DNA of 64,000 nt from Vulcanimicrobiota bacterium (GTDB lineage Bacteria; Vulcanimicrobiota; Vulcanimicrobiia; Vulcanimicrobiales; Vulcanimicrobiaceae), in NCBI GenBank assembly GCA_963786105.1, contig CAWAXX010000024.1, positions 64,001 to 128,000 on the forward strand, given 5' to 3'. The notes under the pieces were generated by a model. That model was not told the DNA's origin and ran no database searches. It saw only the letters and a list, made by a program, of their open reading frames with translations. The translations under genes were made by a program, and so were the position numbers. Position 1 is the first letter of the stretch, and every line of letters begins with the position of its first letter. Of the stretch, positions 43,504 to 53,267 are shown in pieces.

Positions 43504-44695
43504 CGGCCCCGGCGAGGTCGCCGGCTGGCTGCGCCCGTTGTTGCGCGCGATCTACGAGCGCGCTCCCGACACGCAAGCGCACGTTTTTTTGGTGCCCGAC
43601 GACTATGCGACCGGTCATGAAGCGCCGACCGTGCGCGCTTTCTTTCCGCAAGCGTCGGTCTACGACCCTAAGACGTACCTGAAATTTGCGTTAGGCGGCA
43701 GCGTGGCGGCCGTACCCGCCGGCGTCGACGTCGTGCAATATATCGGCGGAGATTTGCTCCATGCCGCGCGCCTGCACGCCCGATTGAAAGGTAAAACGGC
43801 CACGTACAAGTTCTCGCGCCGTCGCTATCGCTCGCTTTTCGACCGGGCGTTCGCGGTAGACGGCAAGAACGTCGAGCAACTCGAAGCCTGGGGTACGCCG
43901 AGCGGGCGCATCCGGCGCGTCGGTAACCTGGTCGTGGACGGCGCGCTGCTCGAGGCGCAAGCTCCGCTGGAAGCGGGAACCCCCGAAGACGGCATCCTCA
44001 TCATGCCGGGATCGCGGGCGTACGAAGTCGAGAACTTGATTCCGTTCTATTTTACGACCGCATTACGTATTCTACGCGAGCGCCCGGGCCTGCCGATCGC
44101 TTTCGGCATTTCGCCGTTCACCGCGCTCGCGGAGGTGCGCGCGGCGATCGAGCGGGGCGGGGATCCGCGCGTCTTCGCGCAGCGCGGCAAGCTGGTGACC
44201 GAAGACGAGCGTACGTATCTCGAGTCTCTCGAGGGTAACGTTCGCGTGCCGGTGCTGTTCAACGCACTAGCAGCGGCCAAGCGCGCCCGTTTGGTGCTGA
44301 CGATTCCGGGAACGAAGACGATCGAGCTGGCGGTGCTCGGCAAACCGGCAATGACGATCACGCCGCTCAACGCGCCGGAAATCATTACGATCAACGGCCC
44401 GTTGACCTATCTTCATCGCGTTCCGCTGATCGGCGTGCCGCTCAAACGGGCGGTGGCCGTCGGCGTATCGCGCCGCTTCAAGTACCACACCCAGCCGAAC
44501 ATGGACGCCGGCGATATGGTCGTGTGCGAAGTCCACGGCACGGTTACGCCAGGGCGGATCGCGCGCGTGGCGCTCGATCGATACGACGACCACGGTTGGA
44601 TCGCGTCGGCCGGCGACCGGTTGGCCGGGTTGTACCGCGACCACATCGGCGCGGCGAATCGCATGGCTGAATCGCTGCTCGACCTGGCCGGGTAA
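43481..44695 (+). CDS. lipid-A-disaccharide synthase (LpxB)-related GT-B protein
   Basis: NGPGEVAGW, YIGGD, VGNL, MPGSR, LTIPGT.T.ELA.LG.P; located in LPS operon. Confidence 0.7.
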   Translation: MRIAVTANGPGEVAGWLRPLLRAIYERAPDTQAHVFLVPDDYATGHEAPTVRAFFPQASVYDPKTYLKFALGGSVAAVPAGVDVVQYIGGDLLHAARLHARLKGKTATYKFSRRRYRSLFDRAFAVDGKNVEQLEAWGTPSGRIRRVGNLVVDGALLEAQAPLEAGTPEDGILIMPGSRAYEVENLIPFYFTTALRILRERPGLPIAFGISPFTALAEVRAAIERGGDPRVFAQRGKLVTEDERTYLESLEGNVRVPVLFNALAAAKRARLVLTIPGTKTIELAVLGKPAMTITPLNAPEIITINGPLTYLHRVPLIGVPLKRAVAVGVSRRFKYHTQPNMDAGDMVVCEVHGTVTPGRIARVALDRYDDHGWIASAGDRLAGLYRDHIGAANRMAESLLDLAG

Positions 44696-45603
44696 TGGAC
44701 ACTGTGATGCCGGCCGTATCCGTCGTGATCGCCACTAAGGATCGCGCGCTCTTCCTCGACCGCGCGCTCGCATCGTTTGAAACGCAAACGGGGGCGCCGC
44801 CTTTCGAGGTCGTCGTAGCCGATAACGGATCGGCCGACCAAACGCGCGACGTGGTCGAGCGCCGGCGCGCACGCTCGCGCTTTTCGGTGGAGTACGTCTA
44901 CGAACCCGAGCCGAACCGCGGGAAGGCGCGCAACCGCGGCGTCGCGTCGGCGCGCGCCGATCTGATCGCGTTTTGCGACGACGACGTTCAGGCGCCGCCC
45001 GGCTGGATCGCGGCGCACGCGGCGGCGCACGCAGGAGCGCCGGCGCAAATCGTCAACGGGCCGATTCTCAACGTCGCGTCGTACGACGAGAAACCCAAAC
45101 CGACGCTTGCGAACTTTTCGCGTGCGTCGCTCTGTACGTGCAACGCTTCGGTGCCGCGACGCGCGCTCGAAGCGGCCGGCGGCTTCGACGAATCGTTCGA
45201 TCTGTACGGCTGGGAAGACAGCGAGCTCGGTATTCGCCTGCGCGACGCCGGCGTGGGCTGGAAGTTTGCGTGGGACGCACCGATTTGGCACGTGAAGCCG
45301 CCCGAATACAATACGCTGGACGTCGAGGCGCGCAAGGCGATCGAGAAGGCGCACATGGCGCGCCGGTTTCTCGAGAAGCACCCGTCCAAACGGGCGCGGC
45401 TGGCTACCGGCGCCCACCCGTTCAACCTGATGCGCGCGCGCTTGCTGTCGGATCGCTGGCTGGCGCTGCTGGCCGGCATCGCATCCGACGGCCGCGCACC
45501 CGCCTGGGTTACGTCGCTGGCGCGCGCGCAGTTTCTCGACGCGACGTATGCGCGCGAACTGGCGGACGCCTTGGCGAAAACGCGCAAGGACTCGCCGCCG
45601 TGA
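44695..45603 (+). CDS. GT2 glycosyltransferase
   Basis: VSVVIAT, ADNGS, ARNRG, CDDD, GGFDESF..YGWED. Confidence 0.9.
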   Translation: MDTVMPAVSVVIATKDRALFLDRALASFETQTGAPPFEVVVADNGSADQTRDVVERRRARSRFSVEYVYEPEPNRGKARNRGVASARADLIAFCDDDVQAPPGWIAAHAAAHAGAPAQIVNGPILNVASYDEKPKPTLANFSRASLCTCNASVPRRALEAAGGFDESFDLYGWEDSELGIRLRDAGVGWKFAWDAPIWHVKPPEYNTLDVEARKAIEKAHMARRFLEKHPSKRARLATGAHPFNLMRARLLSDRWLALLAGIASDGRAPAWVTSLARAQFLDATYARELADALAKTRKDSPP

Positions 45604-46640
45604 GCCGAGCGCTCCTGTACTGCGCCGGCGGCGGCATCGGCGACTCACTGGTTGCGTCGGTGGTCGGGCGCGCGCTGCGCCAACGCTTTGCGACCGTCGA
45701 TGCCCTCACGCTGCCGGGTCATCGCGAAACCTTGGAACGCGTCCCGGATCTAGACGCGGTGCTCGTCGATGACGGCGGCGACGAGCGCACGCTGGCAGCC
45801 TCGCTCGCCGCCCGCCGATACGACGCGTGCGTCGTCACTTGGGCGACCGCGCGAACCGCGCGCATACCGCAACTGGCCAAAATTCCGGTTCGGGTCGGCC
45901 AAGCACGGCGTCTCTACTCGCACCGCTTCACCAACCGGGTCGTCGTCCGTAGCGAGTTGGGCAACGTCACCTCGCACTGGTCGGACATTCTTCTCGACTA
46001 CGCTCGCGCTATCGGCTGTGATACGGGCGATCTCGCCTATGCTTTCGTGCCGACGCCGGAAGACGAGCGCGAAGCCGAAGCGGTCGCCCGATGGGCAGGC
46101 CTCTCGCCCAACGGTTCCTTAGGTAACTTCGTTATTCTCAATCCGTGCAACGCCATCGCATCGCGGCGGGGACGTTGGCCGGTCGAGGGCTGGGCCGCGC
46201 TTGCGACGGTGCTGCGCGAGCGGTTCGCATCGTCGATCCTCATCAGCGGCGGACCCGCCGACGTCTCGATCGTCGAAACGGTCTTGAGCACGGCGCGGGC
46301 GTCGGAATCTCCGGCGTCCGGCGCGGACGCGGGGATGACGTCCGTCGCCGGCAAGCTCGGCATCGGCGCGTTCGGCGCATTGGCGCGGCACGCGAGAGCG
46401 TTCGTCGGCATCACGACGGGATCCATGCACGTCGCCGCGGCGGTCGGCTGCCCGACCGTCGGAATCTTCCCGTTTCAAAGCGATTTTCCCGAACGCTGGG
46501 CGCCGCTCGGAGCGCGAACGGCGGTGGTGCGGCCGTCGTATCCGTGCCACCCCGGCGATACGAAGGAAGCGTGTTCGGACTACGCCTGCGTCGCCAATCT
46601 CGACGTTGCGCGCATCCTCGCGGCGGCCGATGCCGTCTGA
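45600..46640 (+). CDS. GT9 heptosyltransferase-family protein
   Basis: GTG 45600; GIGD, RWP, TTGSMHVAAAVGCPTVGIF, RWAP. Confidence 0.88.
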   Translation: MSRALLYCAGGGIGDSLVASVVGRALRQRFATVDALTLPGHRETLERVPDLDAVLVDDGGDERTLAASLAARRYDACVVTWATARTARIPQLAKIPVRVGQARRLYSHRFTNRVVVRSELGNVTSHWSDILLDYARAIGCDTGDLAYAFVPTPEDEREAEAVARWAGLSPNGSLGNFVILNPCNAIASRRGRWPVEGWAALATVLRERFASSILISGGPADVSIVETVLSTARASESPASGADAGMTSVAGKLGIGAFGALARHARAFVGITTGSMHVAAAVGCPTVGIFPFQSDFPERWAPLGARTAVVRPSYPCHPGDTKEACSDYACVANLDVARILAAADAV

Positions 46641-46651
46641 TCGATCGTAAC

Positions 46652-47557
46652 GTGCGCGCGACCATCCAGCTCTGCACGTACAACCGCAGCGAGCTTCTGG
46701 AGCGCGTGTTGGACGCGTGTTTCGAGCAGACCGTACCCGACGACGCCTACGAGGTCGTCCTCGTCAACGATGGTTCGACCGACGGCACGGCGGCGACCAT
46801 CGAACGGGCCGGCGCGCGGGCCGCCTGCGGTTTCACCGTGGTCAGCCAGCCGAACTCCGGTTTGGCCAAAGCACGTAACGCCGGTATCGCCCGCGCGACC
46901 GGCGAGCGGATCGTCTTCATCGATGACGACGTGCTGGTGTTGCCGAACTTCGTCGAGGAGCACTTGCGCTCGCACGCATCGCATCCGCAATCGATCGTTC
47001 GCGGCGGTGCGATCGAGGTCGAGAGTTTCGACGACTTGCCGCCGCCCGTGTGGAGCATCCGGAACTACAGCGGGAACTATTTCTGGACGACCAACGTGTC
47101 GGTGCCGCTGGCCACCATGCGCGCGATCGGCGGTTTCGACGAATCGTTTTCCGAATACGGCTGGGAAGACATCGACGTGGGCCTGCGGCTCCGCCGCGCC
47201 GGCGTAAAGGCTGCATTCAATCCGAAGGCGCTGGCCTACCACTTTAAGCCGCGTCCGCGCAGCGGCGGCGTCGAGAGGATGGTGCGCCAAGCCCGCGCGC
47301 AGGCCCGCACCGCGGTGCGCCTCGCGAAGCTCCATCCGCACTGGCGAACGTATCTTGCAACTGGCATCAATCCGTTGCAACGACGCTTTCACGAAGTTAC
47401 GCGAGGCTTGCATTTTGCCGGCCGGTTCCGCGCGAGGATTGGCGACGTGACCTCCGACCGGCAGCTCAGCGACCGGGAACTCCGCGCCGCGCGAGGGCTG
47501 GCAGCCGAGGCGTACTTCGAGGAGTTGGAACGAGCGCTCCAATCCGAGCGCCGATGA
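46652..47557 (+). CDS. GT2 glycosyltransferase
   Basis: GTG 46652; CTYNR, VNDGSTD, ARNAG, IDDD, GGFDESF..YGWED. Confidence 0.9.
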   Translation: MRATIQLCTYNRSELLERVLDACFEQTVPDDAYEVVLVNDGSTDGTAATIERAGARAACGFTVVSQPNSGLAKARNAGIARATGERIVFIDDDVLVLPNFVEEHLRSHASHPQSIVRGGAIEVESFDDLPPPVWSIRNYSGNYFWTTNVSVPLATMRAIGGFDESFSEYGWEDIDVGLRLRRAGVKAAFNPKALAYHFKPRPRSGGVERMVRQARAQARTAVRLAKLHPHWRTYLATGINPLQRRFHEVTRGLHFAGRFRARIGDVTSDRQLSDRELRAARGLAAEAYFEELERALQSERR

Positions 47558-48540
47558 CGCAACGAATTCTCTTGTCGCGCACCGATCGCATCGGTGACCT
47601 GATCTTGTCGACGCCGGCGATCGCGACGGTGCGCGCGTCGTTTCCCGACGCGCACGTCACGATGGTCGTTAGCCCCTACAACGGCGTGGTGATGGAGCGG
47701 AACGACGACGTCGACGAACTCGTCGTGCTGTCCGAAAAGGCCGGCCGGCGCGGATTGGGTCGCGCGTACGGTACCTTCGATCTGGCAATCGCGCTGGCGC
47801 CGCGCGCCGTCGACCTGCGGCTCACCGGCGCGACGGGCGCGGCCATTCGGGTCGGGTACACCTACGAGCGCCGGTGGTTCGCGCGCCTGACGGCGCCGCT
47901 GTACGTGAACCGGCTGATGATTTCCGAAGCCGACCCTGAGCTGTGCGAGCGCGAGCCGAGTCGCATCGTGCGTCATGAAGTCGTGCAGTTGCTCGATCTG
48001 GTCGGTCTTGCGGGAGCGCACCGGCGCGTCGACCGGCTGCGCCTGGACATCGCCGAAGAGGATCGCGTGGTGGCGGCAACGCTTCCGCCCGATCCGATCG
48101 TCGTGCATTTGGGTCAGCGGTGGTTTCGCAACGGAAGCACGCTGCCGACGGCGCTGGCGATCGTGAAGCGGTTGGCGTCGTTCGCTCCGGTGGTCATCAC
48201 CTGCGCCCGCGAGTGCGAAGACGTCGCCCCGGCCTTCGAGGCGGCCGGCGACGTCAGCCGGCTTCTTCGCCGTCTGCCGTTCCACCAGTGGGCGGCCGTG
48301 TTCGAGCGCGCGCGCATCGTGGTGACGGTCGACACCGGTGCGACACATGTCGCAAGTGCCGTGCGAAGGCCCACGGTCGTCGCTTTCGAACACCGCTACT
48401 TCCGGTTGAATTCGCAAGAGTGGGCGCCCTACGGCGTCCCTCACGTGCTGGTTCGCAAGCCGGCCGGCGAGGATACCGCGTCGCTCGCGCAGTTCTGCGG
48501 CGAAATCGAACGCGGCGTCTCCACCTTGATGAGCGCTTGA
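47554..48540 (+). CDS. GT9 heptosyltransferase-family protein
   Basis: RTDRIGDLILSTP, VDTGATHVASA, WAP. Confidence 0.88.
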   Translation: MTQRILLSRTDRIGDLILSTPAIATVRASFPDAHVTMVVSPYNGVVMERNDDVDELVVLSEKAGRRGLGRAYGTFDLAIALAPRAVDLRLTGATGAAIRVGYTYERRWFARLTAPLYVNRLMISEADPELCEREPSRIVRHEVVQLLDLVGLAGAHRRVDRLRLDIAEEDRVVAATLPPDPIVVHLGQRWFRNGSTLPTALAIVKRLASFAPVVITCARECEDVAPAFEAAGDVSRLLRRLPFHQWAAVFERARIVVTVDTGATHVASAVRRPTVVAFEHRYFRLNSQEWAPYGVPHVLVRKPAGEDTASLAQFCGEIERGVSTLMSA

Positions 48541-48555
48541 CTCCCGTCTTCTTAC

Positions 48556-49464
48556 ATGCTTGATATTTCCGTCGTCATTCCTACCTACAACCGCCTCGAC
48601 ACGTTAGAGCACGTCGTCCCGACGTTGCTCGCTCAGGATCTGCCGCGCGATCGGTTCGAGTTGCTGGTGTGCGATTCGCAATCGGTCGACGGGACGGCCG
48701 AGTATCTCGCGCAGGTTGCCGCCGAGAATCCCAACGTTCGCCACCTGCCCGGTTCTTACGGCGGGCGGGCGGCCGCGCGCAACGCCGGCATCGCGGCCGC
48801 CCGGGGCGACGTCGTGCTGTTCAACGACTCCGACATCTTGGCGTCGCCAGATTTGCTCTCGCAGCATCTACGCCGCCATCGCGAGCGCGGCGGCATCGCC
48901 GTGGTCGGCTGGGAAGTGCAGGTGAAGGACCTCGCGGACTACGCACGCAAGCGCGATCGACCGGAAGAACGTGGCCGCCTTCATCCGCCGGCGCGCAAAC
49001 GGCTGTCGTGGCTGTACTTTTTGACCGGTAACGCGTCGGTGCGTCGCGACGACCTTCAACGGGTGGGTGGCTTCGACGAGAGTTTCACCGGCTACGGGCA
49101 CGAGGATCTGGAACTCGGCTACCGGTTGGAGAAGGCCGGGCTGGAAGTCGTGTACGAGCCGCGAGCGATCAATTACCATTGTCAAGACGTCGGCCACGAC
49201 GATCAGAAGGAAAAGATGAAACTGGCCGGCCGGTCCACCGTGCGGTTCTACCGCAAACATCCAGACTTTGCGGTGAAGCTAAATCTCGGCATGACGCCCG
49301 TATCCTTGGGTTTGCACTCGGTGTTGACGCACGCGCCGCTGCTCCTGGGCTATTTCGATAAGCGCGCGGCCGGCTCGAAGTTCGCACGCGATCTCGTGCA
49401 ACAGTACTATTACGTGTCGGGCATCAAAGAGGCGCTGGCTGGCCAAAAAGAGAGCGATGGATAA
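48556..49464 (+). CDS. GT2 glycosyltransferase
   Basis: SVVIPTYNR, ARNAG, NDSD, GGFDESF.GYGHED. Confidence 0.9.
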   Translation: MLDISVVIPTYNRLDTLEHVVPTLLAQDLPRDRFELLVCDSQSVDGTAEYLAQVAAENPNVRHLPGSYGGRAAARNAGIAAARGDVVLFNDSDILASPDLLSQHLRRHRERGGIAVVGWEVQVKDLADYARKRDRPEERGRLHPPARKRLSWLYFLTGNASVRRDDLQRVGGFDESFTGYGHEDLELGYRLEKAGLEVVYEPRAINYHCQDVGHDDQKEKMKLAGRSTVRFYRKHPDFAVKLNLGMTPVSLGLHSVLTHAPLLLGYFDKRAAGSKFARDLVQQYYYVSGIKEALAGQKESDG

Positions 49465-51226
49465 GATCAGAACGTCGTGCGGAGCGTTACGGGCGTCCGA
49501 CGAAGGCCGGCGCGCGGAGCTATGCGGCTGGATCAATCGCCGGCGCGATCACGGGGGTCTCATCTTCGTGGACCTTCGCGATCGCGACGGCGTGACGCAG
49601 ATCGTGTTCGACCCTCAAAACCCGAGCTTCCGGGATGCCGAACACTTGCGGCACGAGGACGTCTTGCAAGTGCGCGGAAGCGTGCGGCGGCGTCCGGCCG
49701 GCACCGAGAACGTGCGGCTGGCGACCGGCGAGGTCGAAGTGGCCGTCGAGGAGCTCGACATCCTCAATCGTTCGCAGGTGCCGCCATTCCAGGTAAACGC
49801 CGACGATGCGGTGGACGAAAATCTGCGCCTGGAATATCGCTACCTCGATCTGCGCCGCAATCGCATGCAGGAGAACTTGCGCGTGCGCCATCGCATCGTC
49901 AAGGCGATGCGGGATTTTTTCGACGCCCGCGATTTCGTCGAAATCGAAACGCCGATGCTGATCAAATCGACGCCGGAAGGCGCGCGCGATTATCTGGTGC
50001 CCAGCCGCGTCCATCCCGGAACCTTCTACGCGCTGCCGCAGTCGCCGCAGATGCTCAAACAGATTCTGATGATCGGCGGTTTCGGCCGTTACATGCAAAT
50101 CGCGCGCTGCATGCGCGACGAGGACCAGCGTGCCGACCGTCAGCCGGAGTTTACGCAGCTCGACGTCGAGATGTCGTTCTGTACGGAGAACGACGTGCTC
50201 GAAACGATGGAGTCGTGCATGCGTTACGTGTGGAAGACGGCACTCGGCATCGACCTGCCGGCGTTCCCGCGCCTGAGCCACGAGGAGGCGATCGCCAAAT
50301 ACGGACTCGACAAGCCCGACTTGCGTTTTGGACTCGAACTCGCCGACGCCGGCGACGTATTCGACGACACGGAGTTCGTGGTGTTCCGGTCCGCGCTCGA
50401 GGCCGGCGGCGCCGTCGTCGCTTTACGGTATCCCGGCGGTGCGTCGCTGTCGCGCCGCGATTTCGATGCCTTGACCGAATCGGCGCGAGAGTTCGGCGCC
50501 AAGGGCATGGTCTGGATAGCCCTGGGTAACGACGGCGTGAAGTCGTCGGCGGCGAAATTCCTGAACGAACCGACCGTCCAGGCATTGCGCGCGGCGGCTG
50601 GAGCAGAAACCGGCGACGCCATCCTGCTGTTCGCCGACCCCCGGCCCGAGCTAGCCTACGCGGTCGCCGGCAAAATGCGCAACGAGGTCGGCGAGCGCTG
50701 CGGCCTCCGCGATCGATCGCAATACGCATTTTGTTGGGTAACCGGCTTCCCATATCTCGAAATCGACGAGGCGACCGGCAAGCCCGCGCCGGCGCATCAC
50801 CCGTTTACCGCTCCGGCACACGGGCAGTGGGACCTGATCGAGACCGATCCGACCAAAATGCGCGCGCAGCACTACGACATGGTGCTCAACGGCTACGAAC
50901 TCGGATCGGGATCGATCCGCATTCACAAGGCAGAATGGCAGCGGAAAATTTTCGAGATGCTCGGATTGACCCCGGAGCAGATCGAGGACCGGTTCGGGTT
51001 CTTCGTCCGCGCTCTCGAGTACGGCGCCCCGCCGCATGGCGGAATGGCGCTGGGCATCGATCGCATCGTCATGGTGGCATGCCACGAAGAGAACATTCGC
51101 GACGTGATCGCGTTTCCGAAAAATCAAGTTGCGCGCGACCTCATGATGGATGCGCCGTCGGTCGTGCCGGAGAAATTGGTTAGCGACTTGTACCTGCGAA
51201 GCACGGCCCCGAAGCCGCCGGAGTGA
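49457..51226 (+). CDS. aspS: aspartate--tRNA ligase (probably non-discriminating Asp/Asn type)
   Basis: RRDHGG, STPEGARD, LPQSPQ, RADRQPEFTQLD, GSGSIR, PPHGG.ALG.DR. Confidence 0.97.
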   Translation: MDKIRTSCGALRASDEGRRAELCGWINRRRDHGGLIFVDLRDRDGVTQIVFDPQNPSFRDAEHLRHEDVLQVRGSVRRRPAGTENVRLATGEVEVAVEELDILNRSQVPPFQVNADDAVDENLRLEYRYLDLRRNRMQENLRVRHRIVKAMRDFFDARDFVEIETPMLIKSTPEGARDYLVPSRVHPGTFYALPQSPQMLKQILMIGGFGRYMQIARCMRDEDQRADRQPEFTQLDVEMSFCTENDVLETMESCMRYVWKTALGIDLPAFPRLSHEEAIAKYGLDKPDLRFGLELADAGDVFDDTEFVVFRSALEAGGAVVALRYPGGASLSRRDFDALTESAREFGAKGMVWIALGNDGVKSSAAKFLNEPTVQALRAAAGAETGDAILLFADPRPELAYAVAGKMRNEVGERCGLRDRSQYAFCWVTGFPYLEIDEATGKPAPAHHPFTAPAHGQWDLIETDPTKMRAQHYDMVLNGYELGSGSIRIHKAEWQRKIFEMLGLTPEQIEDRFGFFVRALEYGAPPHGGMALGIDRIVMVACHEENIRDVIAFPKNQVARDLMMDAPSVVPEKLVSDLYLRSTAPKPPE

Positions 51227-51239
51227 TTTCGACTACGCT

Positions 51240-51620
51240 ATGCGGACGTACGCGCTGCTCGCGATAACGCTGGCGCTCACCATCGCCGGCTGCACGAGTT
51301 CGCGGCACGTCGCATCGGCGTCGAAGCCGGCGTTATCTCCGCTGGCACCATGTGAATCGCGGGAAGTGTCGCTCGACGGAGCCGACGCGGTCGTCACGAG
51401 CAACGCCGACTCGACGCTGGCGTCGGTCCACTTCGTCGATGGCGCCGGCACTGCGGCGCGCCGGGAAGCGCTGGCCGCGATGTACCGCGCATTCGGTACC
51501 ATCCACGTCGATACCGACCTCGTAGCACGATCGTCGAAGTGGGGCCTCGCGACCTGGACCGACCGGTGCGGCCGGCCCGTCACGTTTACGATCCCGATAC
51601 GCCCGCCGTCCGTGCGTTGA
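51240..51620 (+). CDS. small hypothetical lipoprotein
   Basis: ATG 51240; MRTYALLAITLALTIAGC lipobox. Confidence 0.7.
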   Translation: MRTYALLAITLALTIAGCTSSRHVASASKPALSPLAPCESREVSLDGADAVVTSNADSTLASVHFVDGAGTAARREALAAMYRAFGTIHVDTDLVARSSKWGLATWTDRCGRPVTFTIPIRPPSVR

Positions 51621-51729
51621 CGGCGCGGTCGCCGGCACCAGCGGCTTTCGTCTCGGCATATGGGCCGAACGCCTCATTTTTGCGCGGCGGCGCGGGAAGC
51701 GATGCCGCAGCCGGCAGAAACTGCGATAA

Positions 51730-53076
51730 ATGTCACGTTATTATTTTTGGTTTCTCTGTTGCTTGTCCGCCGCACTCGGCGCCTGCAGCAGCAACGACTC
51801 AGTCCTGCACGCTGCGTCGAGCTTACCGCTCATGCCGGCGTCGCAAAAACATGCGACCGACGGAGCTTACATCAAGCACGTCGTGATCGTCGTGCAAGAA
51901 AACCGCAGTTTCGACAATCTCTTCGCCACCTTTCCGAATGCCGACGGTGCGACGCGCGGCAAAAACAGTGCCGGCAAATGGGTCAAACTCAAGTCGGAGA
52001 ATCTGCACAGCGGGCTGGAATTGGAGAACAGCCTCGCGGCGTTCCAAGTGGATTACGACGCTGGAAAAATGGACGGTTGGAATCTGGTGTACGTCAATTC
52101 CGCTCCGTGCCCGCGTTGTGCCTACGCGTACGTCGATCCGTCACAAATCCAGCCGTACTGGTCGATGGCGCAGCAGTACGCCCTCGCCGACCACATGTTC
52201 CCCTCCGAATCGAGCGGCAGCTTTTCCGCCCATCAGGATCTCATTCGTGGGGACAGCGTTCTCGACAAGAACGATACCCTCGTCGATTTCCCGTCGCACG
52301 GGCCGTGGGGCTGCGACGCGCCTTCCGGTACCACGACGCCTTTGCTGAGCGCACAAGGCCAGTACACCCTGAATGGGCCATTCCCGTGCTTCACGTACGA
52401 AACGCTGCGGGATACGCTCGACGCAAAGTCCGTTTCGTGGAAATACTATACCCCCGCCCTGTTTACCGGAGGTCTCGCCGGCGCCTATTGGGACGCCTTC
52501 GACGCCATCAGCGCGGTTCGCAACGGACCGGAATGGACGTCGAACATCTCTTCGCCCGAGAAGAGCATCTTCAAGGACATTTCAAAGGGTAAGCTTGCAT
52601 CCGTTTCTTGGGTCATTCCCGACGGACAGAACTCCGACCATCCGAGCTTCGCAAAGACGGATACCGGCCCGTCGTGGGTGGCCCAGGTGGTCAACGCGGT
52701 CGGTCAAAGCAAGTATTGGAACTCGACGGCCATCGTCATCGTGTGGGACGACTGGGGCGGGTGGTACGATCACGTAGCGCCGCCTCAACTCGACTACGCC
52801 GGCCTCGGGTTTCGCGTCCCGATGATCGTCGTTTCGCCGTACGCTAAAGCCGGCTACGTGTCGCACACGCAATACGAGTTCGGAAGCGTCGTAAAATTCG
52901 TCGAAGACGTCTGGGGCCTCGCCCGGTTGGGAACCAGCGACGTACGGGCGGCGAGCATCGACGACGTTTTCGATTTCACGCAACAACCGCGTGCGTTCAC
53001 GCCCATTCAAGCGAAATACTCGAAGGCGTACTTCGAGCGTCAATCGCCGTCGCACGTTCCGGTCGACACGAACTAA
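51730..53076 (+). CDS. phospholipase C/AcpA-type phosphoesterase lipoprotein
   Basis: Lipobox [33 protein letters not shown]. Confidence 0.92.
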   Translation: MSRYYFWFLCCLSAALGACSSNDSVLHAASSLPLMPASQKHATDGAYIKHVVIVVQENRSFDNLFATFPNADGATRGKNSAGKWVKLKSENLHSGLELENSLAAFQVDYDAGKMDGWNLVYVNSAPCPRCAYAYVDPSQIQPYWSMAQQYALADHMFPSESSGSFSAHQDLIRGDSVLDKNDTLVDFPSHGPWGCDAPSGTTTPLLSAQGQYTLNGPFPCFTYETLRDTLDAKSVSWKYYTPALFTGGLAGAYWDAFDAISAVRNGPEWTSNISSPEKSIFKDISKGKLASVSWVIPDGQNSDHPSFAKTDTGPSWVAQVVNAVGQSKYWNSTAIVIVWDDWGGWYDHVAPPQLDYAGLGFRVPMIVVSPYAKAGYVSHTQYEFGSVVKFVEDVWGLARLGTSDVRAASIDDVFDFTQQPRAFTPIQAKYSKAYFERQSPSHVPVDTN

Positions 53077-53136
53077 ACGCTGCCGCGCGGTCGTTGGTAG
53101 CACCGCCAAGCAGTCGCTAAGTAGTTCAATCGCTCA

Positions 53137-53175
53137 ATGCGTCGAAAGTCCCATACTCTGGGACTTTCGACGCAT
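53137..53175. repeat. perfect 17-bp inverted repeat with 5-nt spacer
   Basis: ATGCGTCGAAAGTCCCA-TACTC-TGGGACTTTCGACGCAT in intergenic DNA; no U-tract. Confidence 0.85.
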
Positions 53176-53267
53176 GAGTCTCGGACGGCCGGCGCGAACC
53201 GTTGCCTCGACTTGGATTACAACCAAGCACCACCTAGCTGCCGGCGGGATGCGGCATCGAGGCAAAA

